From Podarcis cretensis (lineage: Eukaryota): a stretch of DNA of 64,000 nucleotides. Made by a program: the position numbers and the translations under genes. Below are positions 1-11,242 of this stretch, in pieces (position 1 is the first letter of the stretch; each line of letters begins with the position of its first letter). A model generated the notes under the pieces. The model saw only the letters and a list, made by a program, of their open reading frames with translations, made no database searches and had not been told where the DNA came from. The stretch is from NCBI GenBank assembly GCA_951804945.1, contig OX638149.1, positions 77,934,001-77,998,000 of the forward strand, read 5' to 3'.

Positions 1-506
1 GTTATATGTCCACCAGCTTAATTTGCTTTTATAACCTCTCTGCTTCTTTCTCTTTGTTTAGTACTTTGATAAGAGAGATAAAAATAAAGATACAACTAAA
101 CAAAATGAGCAAGTAATAAAGCCAAGATAAAAGCAACAAGAAGAGTAAAAATAGCACTGCAACAAATAAAACAGCGCAGATAAAATCTGAAATTTAAAAG
201 CAGCAGCAAACGCCCTCACCTCCTGCAATATGCCACAATAAAATACCTGAGTAAATAAAACCATTTTTACTTGGCACCAAAAACCCATAAGAGGGGTGCC
301 AGGAGTACAGTTCCAGGGAGGGCCCTGCATAGAAAGAGAATGCATTGCTTTTTTTCAAATTTGCCAAGATGTTTGTTCTGTTACTTACCCATTGAATCAT
401 CTACCCATCTATTCATCTGTTTCTTGACCTTATCCATTTTGCCTTTCTTATGAGTATATCTGATAGATACAAGGAAATAACTGAGACAGTTTATGGGTAG
501 ACTTAC

Positions 507-578
507 ATGTTATAACTGGTGTTGTTGTCAATGGTGGGATGATGGTAACCTTTCCCGATTCACCTTCTGCACTAGAAG
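507..578 (-). CDS. MUC5B: MUC5B-like exon 3 (ASSAEGESGKVTIIPPLTTTPVIT), immediately before the VWD1 exon (outside the window)
   Basis: 72 bp, CTTTGTTTGTAG acceptor, GTAAGT donor, phase 1->1; VTIIPP resembles the V(S/T)F(V/I)PP motif that precedes NPAHNG in MUC5-type mucins. Confidence 0.75.
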
Positions 579-794
579 CTACAAACAAAGGGAACAGAAA
601 AACCATAATTTGTATGTATGTTCATTTGTGTGCATTCTTTAAACAGTTAAAGCCATAATCTCAGCTTTCAGGGCCTGGTAAATGCTATGATTGTGCTTTT
701 GCACCAGTGTGCAGAAAGCCCATGGTGGAAGATAGCAATCCAAAAGTTGGCAATCGAAAAGCAGTGTGTGAAACTCTTATAAGAGCACACTCAC

Positions 795-851
795 CACGAA
801 GTGTAGAATATGCATGACTGAGATTGGTGGATACTCTAACTATATCAGCTG
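795..851 (-). CDS. MUC5B: MUC5B-like exon 2 (AADIVRVSTNLSHAYSTLR); tandem CAGCAG acceptor (851 or 848)
   Basis: 57 bp, phase 1->1, G|GTGAGT donor, open in frame; pyrimidine tract is weak. Confidence 0.6.
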
Positions 852-1461
852 CTGACAGTGGTTCTCAATTTCAGTGAAATTATAAATATGTATTTTCCTT
901 TAAGTTTGTATATCAAACTAACAGATATTGTGAATGGGCACAATCCAGCCAAAGTTAATCAATCTTTCAAATCTTTATCATCCAAAATATTGATGGGCTC
1001 TGACACATCTTGGCTCTGGAGGATGTTACTGCAACAGGTATTATTAGATACATTGCCATCCACTGCTCTAAAACTTCCAAGAGTCCAGGAGAGGACACAA
1101 TTAATGGTTTGGGTTTGGCCAATGAGGAATGCCTGATCTGGCCGATTGCTGTTGCTGGGCCTGCCTTCAGTGTCTTCAGATGGAAGGTTTGGGGCACAAT
1201 CTAACTAAAGATAGTTTGCCATACATCTCACAGATATCTGTGGGGGTTTAATTGATGGTACAAAATTTGGCAAACATAGATAAAAACCCAAAGAAAGAGT
1301 CCCTCATTGAAGGTAAATGGAAAATTGTACTGTGATAAGAGGCTTTGGCTATAATAAAAAGGAGTGAACCTGGCACAAGATCTCTAAATACCCAGCACTC
1401 AAGTCCTACTGATAGCAAGCGCTATTGATTTTAATGGAATCTGCTTCCAAAATAATGCTCT

Positions 1462-1463
<2 letters not shown>

Positions 1464-1494
<31 letters not shown>

Positions 1495-1507
1495 GTAGTG
1501 ATGATGA
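1464..1507. repeat. (GAT)n microsatellite
   Basis: Read directly. Confidence 0.95.
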
Positions 1508-1814
1508 CCTAAAATGTTAATCCCTGCCTAGAAATCTCACACCTGCCCTGAAAAAGCCTTACCCCTCATTTATGTCAGCTGGGTTGGTTGAGATTCAACA
1601 CCATTTGTCATTTCTTCTTCATTCCTATTTCACATTTTCCAGTGCTGAACTTTGGCATTGAATACAGGTTTCGGCTTAAATCCTAGTAAGGAACTGTACC
1701 AATCAACCGCATCCCAGGATGCAATTCACATGGCATCAGTAATGCTTCCTGATTCAAATGAGACTCTAGTACCCTTTAACATACAATGAGACCAATAACA
1801 TTTGGTACTATTTG

Positions 1815-2074
1815 GACCTGACATCTTTCCGCAGGGCCTGCAAGACAGAGTTGTTCCACCAGGCCTTTGGTCAGGGCGCAGCCTGACTCCCTCCTCTGGC
1901 AACCTGCACAGAATTTTGCTTAATGGTTGCCATCAATTTGATTTTAATTAATTTTTATAATGAAATGTTTTTAGAATGTTGGATTATTTGATTGTTTGAT
2001 TATTTGATTGTTGTTAGCCGCCCTGAGCCCGGCTTTGGCTGGGGAGGGCGGGATATAAATAAAAATTGTTGTTG

Positions 2075-2113
<39 letters not shown>
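1815..2113 (+). mobile_element. L2 LINE 3' end with (TTG)(TTA)n tail
   Basis: FRRACKTELFHQAFG end of ORF2; GCCGCCCTGAG...GGGCGGGATATAAAT terminus. Confidence 0.85.
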
Positions 2114-2114
<1 letters not shown>

Positions 2115-2498
2115 TAAGCAAGAGTTTTAATTCTTCTCCCCAGCTGCCCTGTATAGAGGGAATTTTTGTTCCTTTTCTGTCCTGCCTCTTAGCCAATGTA
2201 GTTCAGGAAACAGAATGAGGGACCTGATTAAAAGATAAGCTCAGGCCTGAAGACTTGTGGGTCTTCAGTAAGCAACTCCCAGACTTGTTTGTAAATTAGG
2301 GATCACCTCAATGCTTTTTTTCTGGGGTGGTAACATTTGGATTTTGCATTTGGGAGCTACTTCGTTGAAAAATAACACATACACACACTAGAATTTACAC
2401 ATCAGATACATTCATATGAACAAGGCTATGGAGGGATAATGCAAAGTGATGCGCCCCCCTTGTCTATCTTCTTTGGAGTTTAGCTGCTGTCCATACTT

Positions 2499-2677
2499 CC
2501 GTATTTACTAGAGTCTAATGCACCATCGAATCTAATGCAAACTCAATTTTCAGAACCTTGAAACCCAAAAAAGTATTTGCTGTCGAATGTAAATGTGCCA
2601 TCAAATCTAATGCACACCTTCATTTTCACAACATAATTTGGCCCAAAAAGGTGAGCAATAGATTCAAGTGAATACAG
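2499..2677. mobile_element. Tc1/mariner-type MITE (decayed)
   Basis: CCGTATTTAC ... GTGAATACAG termini; internal duplicated ATCTAATGCA. Confidence 0.6.
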
Positions 2678-3049
2678 TAATATGCAACTTTAAAATGTTA
2701 GTATGTTAGTATTCTGACAGACTTCTAACCAGGAAACATGCATTTCATACTTTATAACTTTTCAAGGAGAGGCCCAAATCGTACTTTTCTATTTGATCCC
2801 CATTCAATCCACATTAAGATGTCACTAAATGTTTTCACTTCAGGAAGTACAATATTAAAATACCCCAGTTTATTCGAAATTGTTAAACATTTAACTGAAA
2901 CAGTATTAAAAGGGTGAAAAACTCTTTGAAATTCAAACATTTGCATGACTCACAAAATAGAATGAGGAATAATTTTGAAAGTGAATTGAGATATTCAATT
3001 GCATTGGTACTTTTTTCTTGTAAAAGAAGCAAAGGAAATGAGTTTTTAC

Positions 3050-3122
3050 CTTTCTGTTGGATGCTGCAGATCATGAATGCTAGGGCCCATAATGGCACCC
3101 TCATCCCTCTACCAAACCCCAT
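3050..3122 (-). CDS. MUC5B: MUC5B-like mucin exon 1 (signal peptide MGFGRGMRVPLWALAFMICSIQQK)
   Basis: ATG about 77 nt downstream of TATATAA, in AGTATGG Kozak context; basic N-region plus hydrophobic core; phase-1 donor G|GTAAAA; position downstream of MUC5AC. Confidence 0.75.
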
Positions 3123-3169
3123 ACTGGATGGAGTTCGGTGTTAAGGTACTCAGCCCGCTTCTGGCCAGA

Positions 3170-3345
3170 AGGACTAGTTCACTTGCACTCTCAGAGGCTT
3201 ATATAGCAGGAGGTTCTGTCTATTTTCCCAGCTTGTTTGACATGGTCTAACAAGGTGGGGCTGTGAGGATCTTAGCAGATACAGGGGTAAATAGAGGATG
3301 CGCTTTCAGTTCCTTGATGACTGGCCGAGCATGTTTGCCTTTTGG
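3170..3345 (-). promoter_or_regulatory. MUC5B-like core promoter: TATA box (TATATAA 3205-3199) with upstream forkhead-like motifs (TGTTTGAC 3234-3241, TGTTTGC 3332-3338)
   Basis: TATA spacing to the signal-peptide ATG fits a short 5' UTR; motif function is inferred only. Confidence 0.65.
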
Positions 3346-3644
3346 GAGGTATATTTTTTTTTTGTCAAGGTTCCATCTAATAAAGGAAATTAGAAATGAA
3401 TAGCAAAAAGGTAATATTTCTTCCCCAGCAAATGCCATTGAAGATCCTGGAAAAAAAATCAAGGAGCTTTTGAGTCAATCTGTGGTTTTCTGAGTGACAG
3501 GCAGGTCACTGTTTAATATTCTGGTTACTGTGTTAAGTGATGCCCATCTAGTGTGGCAAACGCCTCTTATTTCCTTGTTAGTGCTGAGAAGGAGTGAAAG
3601 CTTTTTGAGGTATGAAAAACTATGATAATTTGAGACCTTCTATT

Positions 3645-3875
3645 CCGAACATACAATGAGACTGGTGAATCAGACCAATGGCCCACCTTAATCCATCATC
3701 TTGTTCTCATAGTGGCTGACCAGATGCCTGTGGGAAGCCTGCAGGATCCAAGCACAATAGCACTCTCCCCTCCTGCAGTTTCCAACAACAAGTATTAAGA
3801 GGCATACCACATCTAACAGTGGGTGTTGAACATAACTATCATGGCTAGCAGCCATTGTGCTTCTGGGTAAATCCT
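3645..3875 (-). mobile_element. CR1-type 3' UTR remnant
   Basis: Complement of the 17345-17501 family. Confidence 0.6.
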
Positions 3876-3944
3876 CTGTAAGGGGCTGATAGCAAGAGGA
3901 GAGCCAGAAGTGACTCTCGAAACAGTGAACCCGAAGTGTGCTTG

Positions 3945-4498
3945 CAAATGGTTCCTTGACATCCTGGAAAAAAGTGACAAGTGGGGTGCTGCATGGTTCT
4001 GTTCTGGGCCTGGTATTGTTCGATATCCTTGCAAATGACTTGGATGAAGGAACTGAGGTGGACCTTCCTATCAAATTTAGGTAGATAATACCTCAAGACA
4101 TAGAATCAGGATTCAATATGACCTTAACAGATTGGAGAACTGGAGCAAAACTAACAAAATGTAGGGACAAATGTAAGGTTCTGCACTTAGGCAGGAATAA
4201 CCAGATGCACAAATATAGGATCGGTGATGCCCAACTTGGCAATAATACATGTGAAAAGGATGGTCTTAGTAGACCATAAGCATAGCATGAGTCAGCAGTG
4301 CAATGCAGCAGCCAAAAAGTTGATGCTATTTTACACTGCATCAACAGAGGTATAGTGTCCAGATCAAGGAAAATAATAGTACTGCTCTATTCTTCCTTGG
4401 TCAGACCCCACCTGCAGTCCTGTGGCCAGTTCTGGGCACCACAGTTTAAGAAGGATACTGACAAGCTGGAACGTGTGCAGAGGAGAATGACCAGGATC
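3945..4498 (+). mobile_element. CR1 LINE RT fragment
   Basis: SGV..GSVLG, KCKVLHLG, LVRPHL..C.QFWAP..KKD.DKLERVQRR motifs. Confidence 0.9.
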
Positions 4499-4921
4499 AG
4501 TGCAGTGTGGCCATTGTGGCTGCAGCATTGAATTGGCTCTGTCATTGTTCATGCTGCCCATGTCTCACCCATCCTCTTCTTCAAAAAAATGGTGTCAGGA
4601 AATCAGGTGTGTGATACTGTACTGCCTGTGCTTCCTGCCAATCACTGCTGACACCTCCCAATGTATTATTCTGTGATGCCACCGATGCAAGTGGAACGGG
4701 ATAGCTTACAATCCATACCCCACAAGGATGGCTTGATCATTTTTCAGTGTCAATGTTTTTCTGTTTGGTGATGTGAAGTAGGAGAATGTTCCTGAGAATG
4801 TCTGATCAAGGCACAGTTAAATAGTCATTGCCTAATGTTGTTTTCTGACTGGAGGTAAGCAAAGTTTGCCTACAAGTAGACCTTTCAGAAGCAGGACTTG
4901 TTTGTTGCACTAAAATGGAGA

Positions 4922-5104
4922 AGGGTCACAGTTTGGTTATAGAGCCCACGTTTTGCATGCAGAAGGTCCCAAGTTCATCCCTGGTATCTCCAGTTGGGGG
5001 AGGGGGGCAGAATCCTGGCTGAAACTCTGGATGACAGCTGCCAGTCAGTGTAGAAAATATTGAGCTAGAATAGGCTAGTGGTCTAAGGCAGCTTCCTATG
5101 TCCT
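4922..5104 (+). mobile_element. tRNA-derived SINE (same family as 24569-24766)
   Basis: TTTGCATGCAGAAGGTCCC...GCAGCTTCCTATG. Confidence 0.75.
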
Positions 5105-5193
5105 GCAATGTATGCTGTATTGTTTTTAACACTCAACTGGAAGCTGCCCAGAGTGGCTGGGGAAACTCAGCCAGATGGGCGGCATATAAATAA

Positions 5194-5243
<50 letters not shown>
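5105..5243 (+). mobile_element. L2 3' end with (TTA)n tail (same family as the 62.4-kb L2)
   Basis: CCCAGAGTGGCTGGGG...CCAGATGGGCGG motif. Confidence 0.8.
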
Positions 5244-5246
<3 letters not shown>

Positions 5247-6501
5247 CAGATACTTGTCTGCTTTGTGTCCTAGCAGGACTGAAATTTCTAAGAAATTATT
5301 TTCTTTACTCAATATGAAAGCAAATATCAGAACGCACTATCATAAGAGATGATGAGGATGAGGGCTTCTACACATCTGCACACCAGCTATTTCTCAAATG
5401 CTCTCCAAAATTCATAGCCAAGTAGAAAAACCAAATAATACTATCTGAAAATGGAGGTGTTTGAGAATAAAGGCATTTGAGCAAACAGACCTATTTGCTC
5501 AAATACTTTTGGGAGCCTGGTATTATGTATTGACTGTTCTAGAAATTGGTTATTTTCAGCTCAGCTGTGAAATTCATTGTTGTCTGAGAATCAATTGCTG
5601 TCTTTTGAGAGCGTACTTTCTCTCCCACACACCTTTTAGGCACTTCCCCCCTTTTTTCTTTGAATATCTTTTCAGAACTCACAAGCAATATTGCTTTATG
5701 GATTAATGAGATCAAAAGGATTGCTGTGCCTTACAAAGAAGCCTCCTTAAGTAAATAAAAATGGTTTCTTGTTCTCCTTAAAGCACCAGCAGGGTCCGTC
5801 CCCCCTTCTAAAAGCTATTTAACTATGACTACTTCAGGTCGTTACTCCTCTTGTCCTGAGCAACGGGCAATGAACTATCCACCTGCCTACCTAACTATCT
5901 ATCTAAATTGCAGCTACAGTATCAGGGTTTACCATATATGCCCTAACTACAACAAGCATGGCCAATAGTCAGGGATGCAGAGAATTAAAGTTCAACATCT
6001 GAAGGGCCACATGTTCCCCATGCCTGCCATAAAGGCTTTGAACATTTCTAAAGAATAGGAAGACCACTTATGCATTGCCAAAAAAAGAGGACAAAGAGGT
6101 GCTTATTTGCTAGCAAACAGGCCAAGAAAAGTTTGCTCCTGACATCTGGTACTAAGGTTCAAACTACATGGGAGTCACCAGGGAGATCTATGACTGCAGT
6201 GTCTTGTATAATCTCCCCTGCCCCCCAAGCAGTCATAGGGACTTGATTTCGACTGGGCAGTTGTGCAGCGGGGAAGGGGGATTAAATCCTAAAGAGGCTA
6301 TGTGGGAAGGGAGTGGAAAATTTAATTTTTAAAAAACTTACTGTTCATCTGGTGTGCTGTGAGCCAATTTGGCACCATTTGGGCACCATTTTGTCAAAAA
6401 GTGACATACAAATAAAAAGAGGAAGAGGAGGTGGAAATGTCCCCAATGCAAATGCAGAACAGCATGTGTAGCCCTTTAGGACCCAGTCACAGACTTTATG
6501 T

Positions 6502-6706
6502 CAGAGCTTTCCAAACTGTGTGTCACGACACATTACTGTGTCAGCTGCAGTGTGTAGCTATGTCACACAAATGCTCCTGCGCTTCTCCCAGGGCTGGAAA
6601 GGAGTCATTGTAACCTCCGGTTTGCTAGTAAAACTAAATAATTGTGTCACAAAATGATGCATGTCTAAAAAATGTGTCACCAACATGAAAGGTTTGGAAA
6701 GCTCTG
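6502..6706. mobile_element. hAT MITE, 15-bp TIR CAGAGCTTTCCAAAC
   Basis: Perfect TIRs; degenerate 8-bp TSD CTTTATGT/CTATATGC. Confidence 0.85.
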
Positions 6707-7390
6707 CTATATGCCATGCTATATGTTTCATTAAACAAAAAGAAATACTTTAAGGTGAAATAGAAATATATCAAAAGTTATTTTCTTATTAACTTATTTA
6801 TTAATAAATTGGTAAGTCCCAAACTTTGATTTTTAAGAATCCTTGTTCTCAGATATCTCAGCTTTTTGCTTCTCCCCTCTCTCTATATTTAGTCAGTATA
6901 GCAGCATTTGGGCTATATTCACAATTTTTAAATGATCATATTTATTTTGTGAGATGAAGCAATACTGGGGGAAAGGAAAGGAAATTCAAGAAGGCACAAC
7001 ACCCCTTCTATGCTTTTGGACAGATACAACAAAAATCCTAGTAAATCCTGTATCCCATTAAGTTCTGGACCACAAGTAATCTCAACATGCATGAAGCCAA
7101 TGATTACACCCATGCTGTACTATTTACTTTCCAGAGGGACAATATGAATGTAATTCTTATCATCTATAGTATTTATATCTTCTGAACTTGTACGCCAGTA
7201 GGGAACTGTTCTTGTAAAGTTCTTGGTGTGGCAACATAGATACTTATCACTTGCTGAAAAGAATATTGACATTGTATGCATATTTGTCACTCCAATTACT
7301 ACCAGCATGTACTGCTGTTTCCTGGAAGTTTCCAGTGATGACTGTGTATGTGGCTATAGGCCTGTGTGGAAAGCAACACAGCTCTGACGT

Positions 7391-7415
7391 GGTTGGTTGG
7401 TTGGTTGGTTGGTTG
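7391..7415. repeat. (GGTT)n microsatellite
   Basis: Read directly. Confidence 0.9.
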
Positions 7416-8014
7416 GAAGGTTAAAGAAAGGCACATGAACTGAAGCTGAATCCTACCAAGATGGAGGCACTTGGTTTGTTGGTTCGCAGGTTGGTGTTCT
7501 GGATGCGCTTGTTTTTTTAAAAAACAATTTGCAAAAGAAACTTTATGGAATGAAACAAAAGATATATAATTCCAAACACTAGAAGAAACAAATTCCCAGG
7601 ACCACTTATTATGATTAATCATAACTACAAATATTAGTAAAAGAGAGATTATATGTCTAGTCCTTCACAGAAACATATAATAAATCATAACTCATTGTGA
7701 ACATCAAATATATCCAGACTCTGAAGAGAAGATGCAATTATTGGTTCTGTATAAGTGTATACCATGCTGGTATTCTGTTCAGATCTTCTAATTTTGCTGT
7801 ATAATTGAGAAAATCAGACAAATAGTGTAAAATTTGGTCCTTTTTTATTTCCCCCCTAAATAATTTCGCTTCAATGGTCAGCTTCTCTGAAACCACCTAG
7901 GACCACAACATTTCATACCATGCCTCTATAGAGATTCATTGTATTTCCTTGAATGAGCAGGTGTGCAACAATTAGAGTAGTCCTTGAGCATGTCAAAGAC
8001 AAGAGTTCAATCTA

Positions 8015-8465
8015 CCGTATTTTTCGCTGTATAAGACACACTTTTTCCCTCCTAAAAAGTAAGGGGAAATGTGTGTGCGTCTTATGGAGTGAATGCAGGC
8101 TGCGCAGCTATCCCAGAAGCCAGAACAGCAAGAGGGATTGCTGCGCAGTGCTCCCTCTTGCTGTTCTAGCTTCTGGCTTAGCCCCTTTTTCCCTTCCCCC
8201 ACCTCCTGGAAAAGCCTGCAAGAAGGGCAGCCCGTGTGTGGGGGGGGGGCTTTTCCCCGAGGAGGGAACTGATGGGCTGCCCTTCTCCCTCCTCCGGGAA
8301 AAGCCCGCAAGCGCCGTACACACGCTCCATGCTGCTCGTGAAAGGGAGCGCTGAGCAGAGCTTGGGATGCATACAGGCTCTGCTCAGTGCTCCCTTTAAA
8401 GATTTTTTTCCCCTTTCATTCCCCCTCTAAAAACTAGGTGCAACTTATGGAGTGAAAAAATACGG
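8015..8465. mobile_element. Tc1/mariner-type non-autonomous element, TIR CCGTATTTTT, TA TSD
   Basis: TA-CCGTATTTTTCGCT ... AGTGAAAAAATACGG-TA. Confidence 0.85.
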
Positions 8466-9237
8466 TATCTTTTTCTGTGTGCGCTAAGGTGGTTGCTGCT
8501 GCTGCTTTTGAAGGGAGCAGGGAGCCATTCAAACACGAAGCATGCCCCCTCAGCACAAAATGGTACAGTCCGGGAAAAACTTTTCCATTACTTTCTGCTA
8601 AAAGTCTAAACTGTCTTGGAGTCTCACTGAAGTGATTGGGCCTTGAAGCAATGATCCGATTACATCATCAGATTTCAATTAGATTCCTCTGAAAACCCCA
8701 GCCTGCGATGATAAATTGAGACGCTCTCTCTCAGATCATAATGTTTTCTTTTGTATAACACCCCTTCTGACATAAGCTATAATACTGCATCTTGTCTCCA
8801 TTTTACACTCCATTAAAGGCCATTATTACCTTTCCCCCCCACTTACAACATTACTTGTAACCTTGTAATTGATGGTGCCGAATTTGGTACTGAATTTTGT
8901 TACTGCTTTCAAATCAATAGGATCCAAATAACATTTTCCATTTTGCTTCAGATGCCCTTTTTTAAAAAGTCAAATTCTGACTGGCAGCTGAATCCTCAGC
9001 TGAATCCGAGCCTTTCAGATTCGATGTGAGGCATAACATGTTGGTGGGTTGTTGCTTTTTACTCTTCTGCATGTTTCAAGTGTAGGTTTTCTTAACACAT
9101 GCTGTGTGCCATCCTCCTAGCTTTTTCACTTTCCTCCCCATTTATGATATCTATCTTGCTAGTCATGTTATCTGTTCTATTTGATTTTCAGTCTCCAAAT
9201 GCACACTGAAAAACAATAGATTACTGCCCATTTTCTG

Positions 9238-9486
9238 AAGAGCCAGTGTGGTGTAGTGGTTAAGAGCGGTAGTCTCGTAATCCGGGTTCGCGTCTCTGCT
9301 CCTCCACATGCAGCTGCTGGGTGACCTTGGGCCAGTCACACTTCTTTGAAATCTCTCAGCCCCACTCACCTCACAGAGTGTTTGTTGTGGGGGAGGAAGG
9401 GAAAGGAGAATGTTAGGCGCTTTGAGACTCCTTAAAGGGAGTGAAAGGCGGGATATCAAATCCAAACTCTTCTTCTTCTTCTTCTT
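9238..9486 (+). mobile_element. Squam3-like (MIR/Ther-derived) SINE with (CTT)n tail
   Basis: GAGCCAGTGTGGTGTAGTGGTTAAG head, GTGACCTTGGGCCAGTCAC core, L2-like 3' end. Confidence 0.85.
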
Positions 9487-9991
9487 GAGGGATTTATTTT
9501 CAATACAGTCTTTTTGCACATTTAGGGCCAAACCACAACAGATGCTAAATACATGGTTTCATGTTATGTGTATATATAAACTATTAGTAGCAGCTGCTCA
9601 GATGCCAAATCAGGATTGTGGTGAATGAGCAGAGGGAGTTTAATGCAGAAGCGGATTTAGGGGAGCACAACCAGTTTGGTTGCACTGGGCGCAGAGCCCC
9701 AGGAGTGCTAATGGGGACATTGCATCTTTGATTTAGAAAGAAGCGCAAGAGGCAGAAGGGCACTAAATTTTGGCGTTGCAGAGGGCACCACTGAAATTTG
9801 AGACCCCAAGATCCTCCATGGTTTAATTCTTCTCTCCCAATGCTCCCATGATAACACAAGAAATAGGACCCAAACTGAGTATTCCCTTGAAAATGGTGGA
9901 GTGCAAATGAGATTGGGAGAATGTTTTTTGTTGTTTCTCAGGAGCAAGGGCTATGCTTACCCTATTTTGCTGTATGTGGTAGCTGGGGTAG

Positions 9992-10267
9992 AGGGGATAT
10001 TTTTATTTCCACATTGTGTACATAAAAAGCAAGTAAAATCTTGTTCACACACATTCACAGCAGCCCACATCTCTATCTTTGCTGACTACCAGCCCAGCAA
10101 CACCTCCTGGGGTGCCTGTGTGACTAAATGCTGTTGCGTAGTAGTGACATAGGTATTCCAGGAAGTGCTGCTGGGCTGGAAGCCAGCATGGAGACAGCTT
10201 TGTACTGCTTTGAGCACACACACAGGACTTTTACTTACACAGTGTTTAAAGAATTATAAAAATCCCT
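9992..10267. repeat. Long imperfect inverted repeat (foldback, probably an old MITE)
   Basis: CCAGCCCAGCAACACCTCCTGGGGTGCCTGTGTGACTA pairs with TAGTGACATAGGTATTCCAGGAAGTGCTGCTGGGCTGG; weaker pairing extends outward. Confidence 0.75.
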
Positions 10268-11107
10268 GAGCCACCTTGATCAGTAAAATAAGGCAAATGC
10301 AGCCCCCTACCCCCAATTTTTCTCTTCCTCCCTGCAGTTCTCACTGTATCATAGAAAACTGCAGGCAGTCACTCTCCAATTACAAGGAGATGCAGGGTAT
10401 TGCAAAGTGGAAGGCAAATTTTGGCCCAGCTCTCATATAGATTAGTCCTTTCAGGGTTCCCCACAACCAAACATGCTTTTTTTCAGGTTAGTCATTTCCC
10501 TTTCCCACCCATTTATACCAACAGTCTGCATATAAGGTCATAGTCAGAATAGACCCACTAAAATTAATAGACTTAGTCTATTGATTTGGTTGGATCTTTT
10601 ATCACCCTAAGTGCCCACTAAGCATGCTTAACTCTCACTGGCCTGTTATCCCCATTCCTTATATTTCCCTCCCTAATTTTTGTTTTTGTATTTTTTTGTG
10701 ACCCTTGGTACTTTGCTCCTAGTCTCCCACTTATGCACAGAGGGACTGTTTTGATTGTTTCCAAATTCAAAGAATTAGTTCACTATTACTTACAGAATAC
10801 AGATAGTAAGATTTGTTTTATATCAGATCACTCCATTCTTGCTTCTATAACGCTCCTTCTCTAAAAGCATAAGTTACAATTAAGGAATTACTTAAGGATA
10901 TCAAGGGTATTATCACTTGTCTGCACGAGTATCTGTAATGTTTCATGCTTTATCTTGCTTTGCAGGCTCATTAAAAATGTAAATATTTGTTTATGTTTAT
11001 GTTTTATTTTTAATAATGTTTATTAATTTCAAAAAAAGCTTATGCAAAATTCTGCAAAACATAGTGCTATCAAACAAGATCTGATGACAATATACATTAG
11101 TCCATAT

Positions 11108-11242
11108 CATGGGCATAGCCAGGATTTGTGTCAGGAGGGCAGGCTTTTTGTTGGGGAGGGCAGAACCTCAGTTAGTTAAGTATTTTTATAGATTTACTTG
11201 ATTGGGGAGAAGCTGCCCCCTCCCCCCGCAGCAACACCCATG
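11108..11242. mobile_element. hAT MITE with exact 8-bp TSD GTCCATAT
   Basis: CATGGGC...ACCCATG termini; TSD at 11100-07 and 11243-50. Confidence 0.85.

Noticed and set aside
955-1200. Open frame after a TTAG acceptor (DCAPNLPSEDTEG...)
   Set aside because: No good donor before the stop and no mucin similarity.
1405-1510. Possible poly-His exon (TTTTAG|GT CAT CAT...) in MUC5B-like intron 1
   Set aside because: It is a (CAT)n microsatellite with only a weak in-phase donor (A|GTAGGA), running into a common repeat; no support as an exon.
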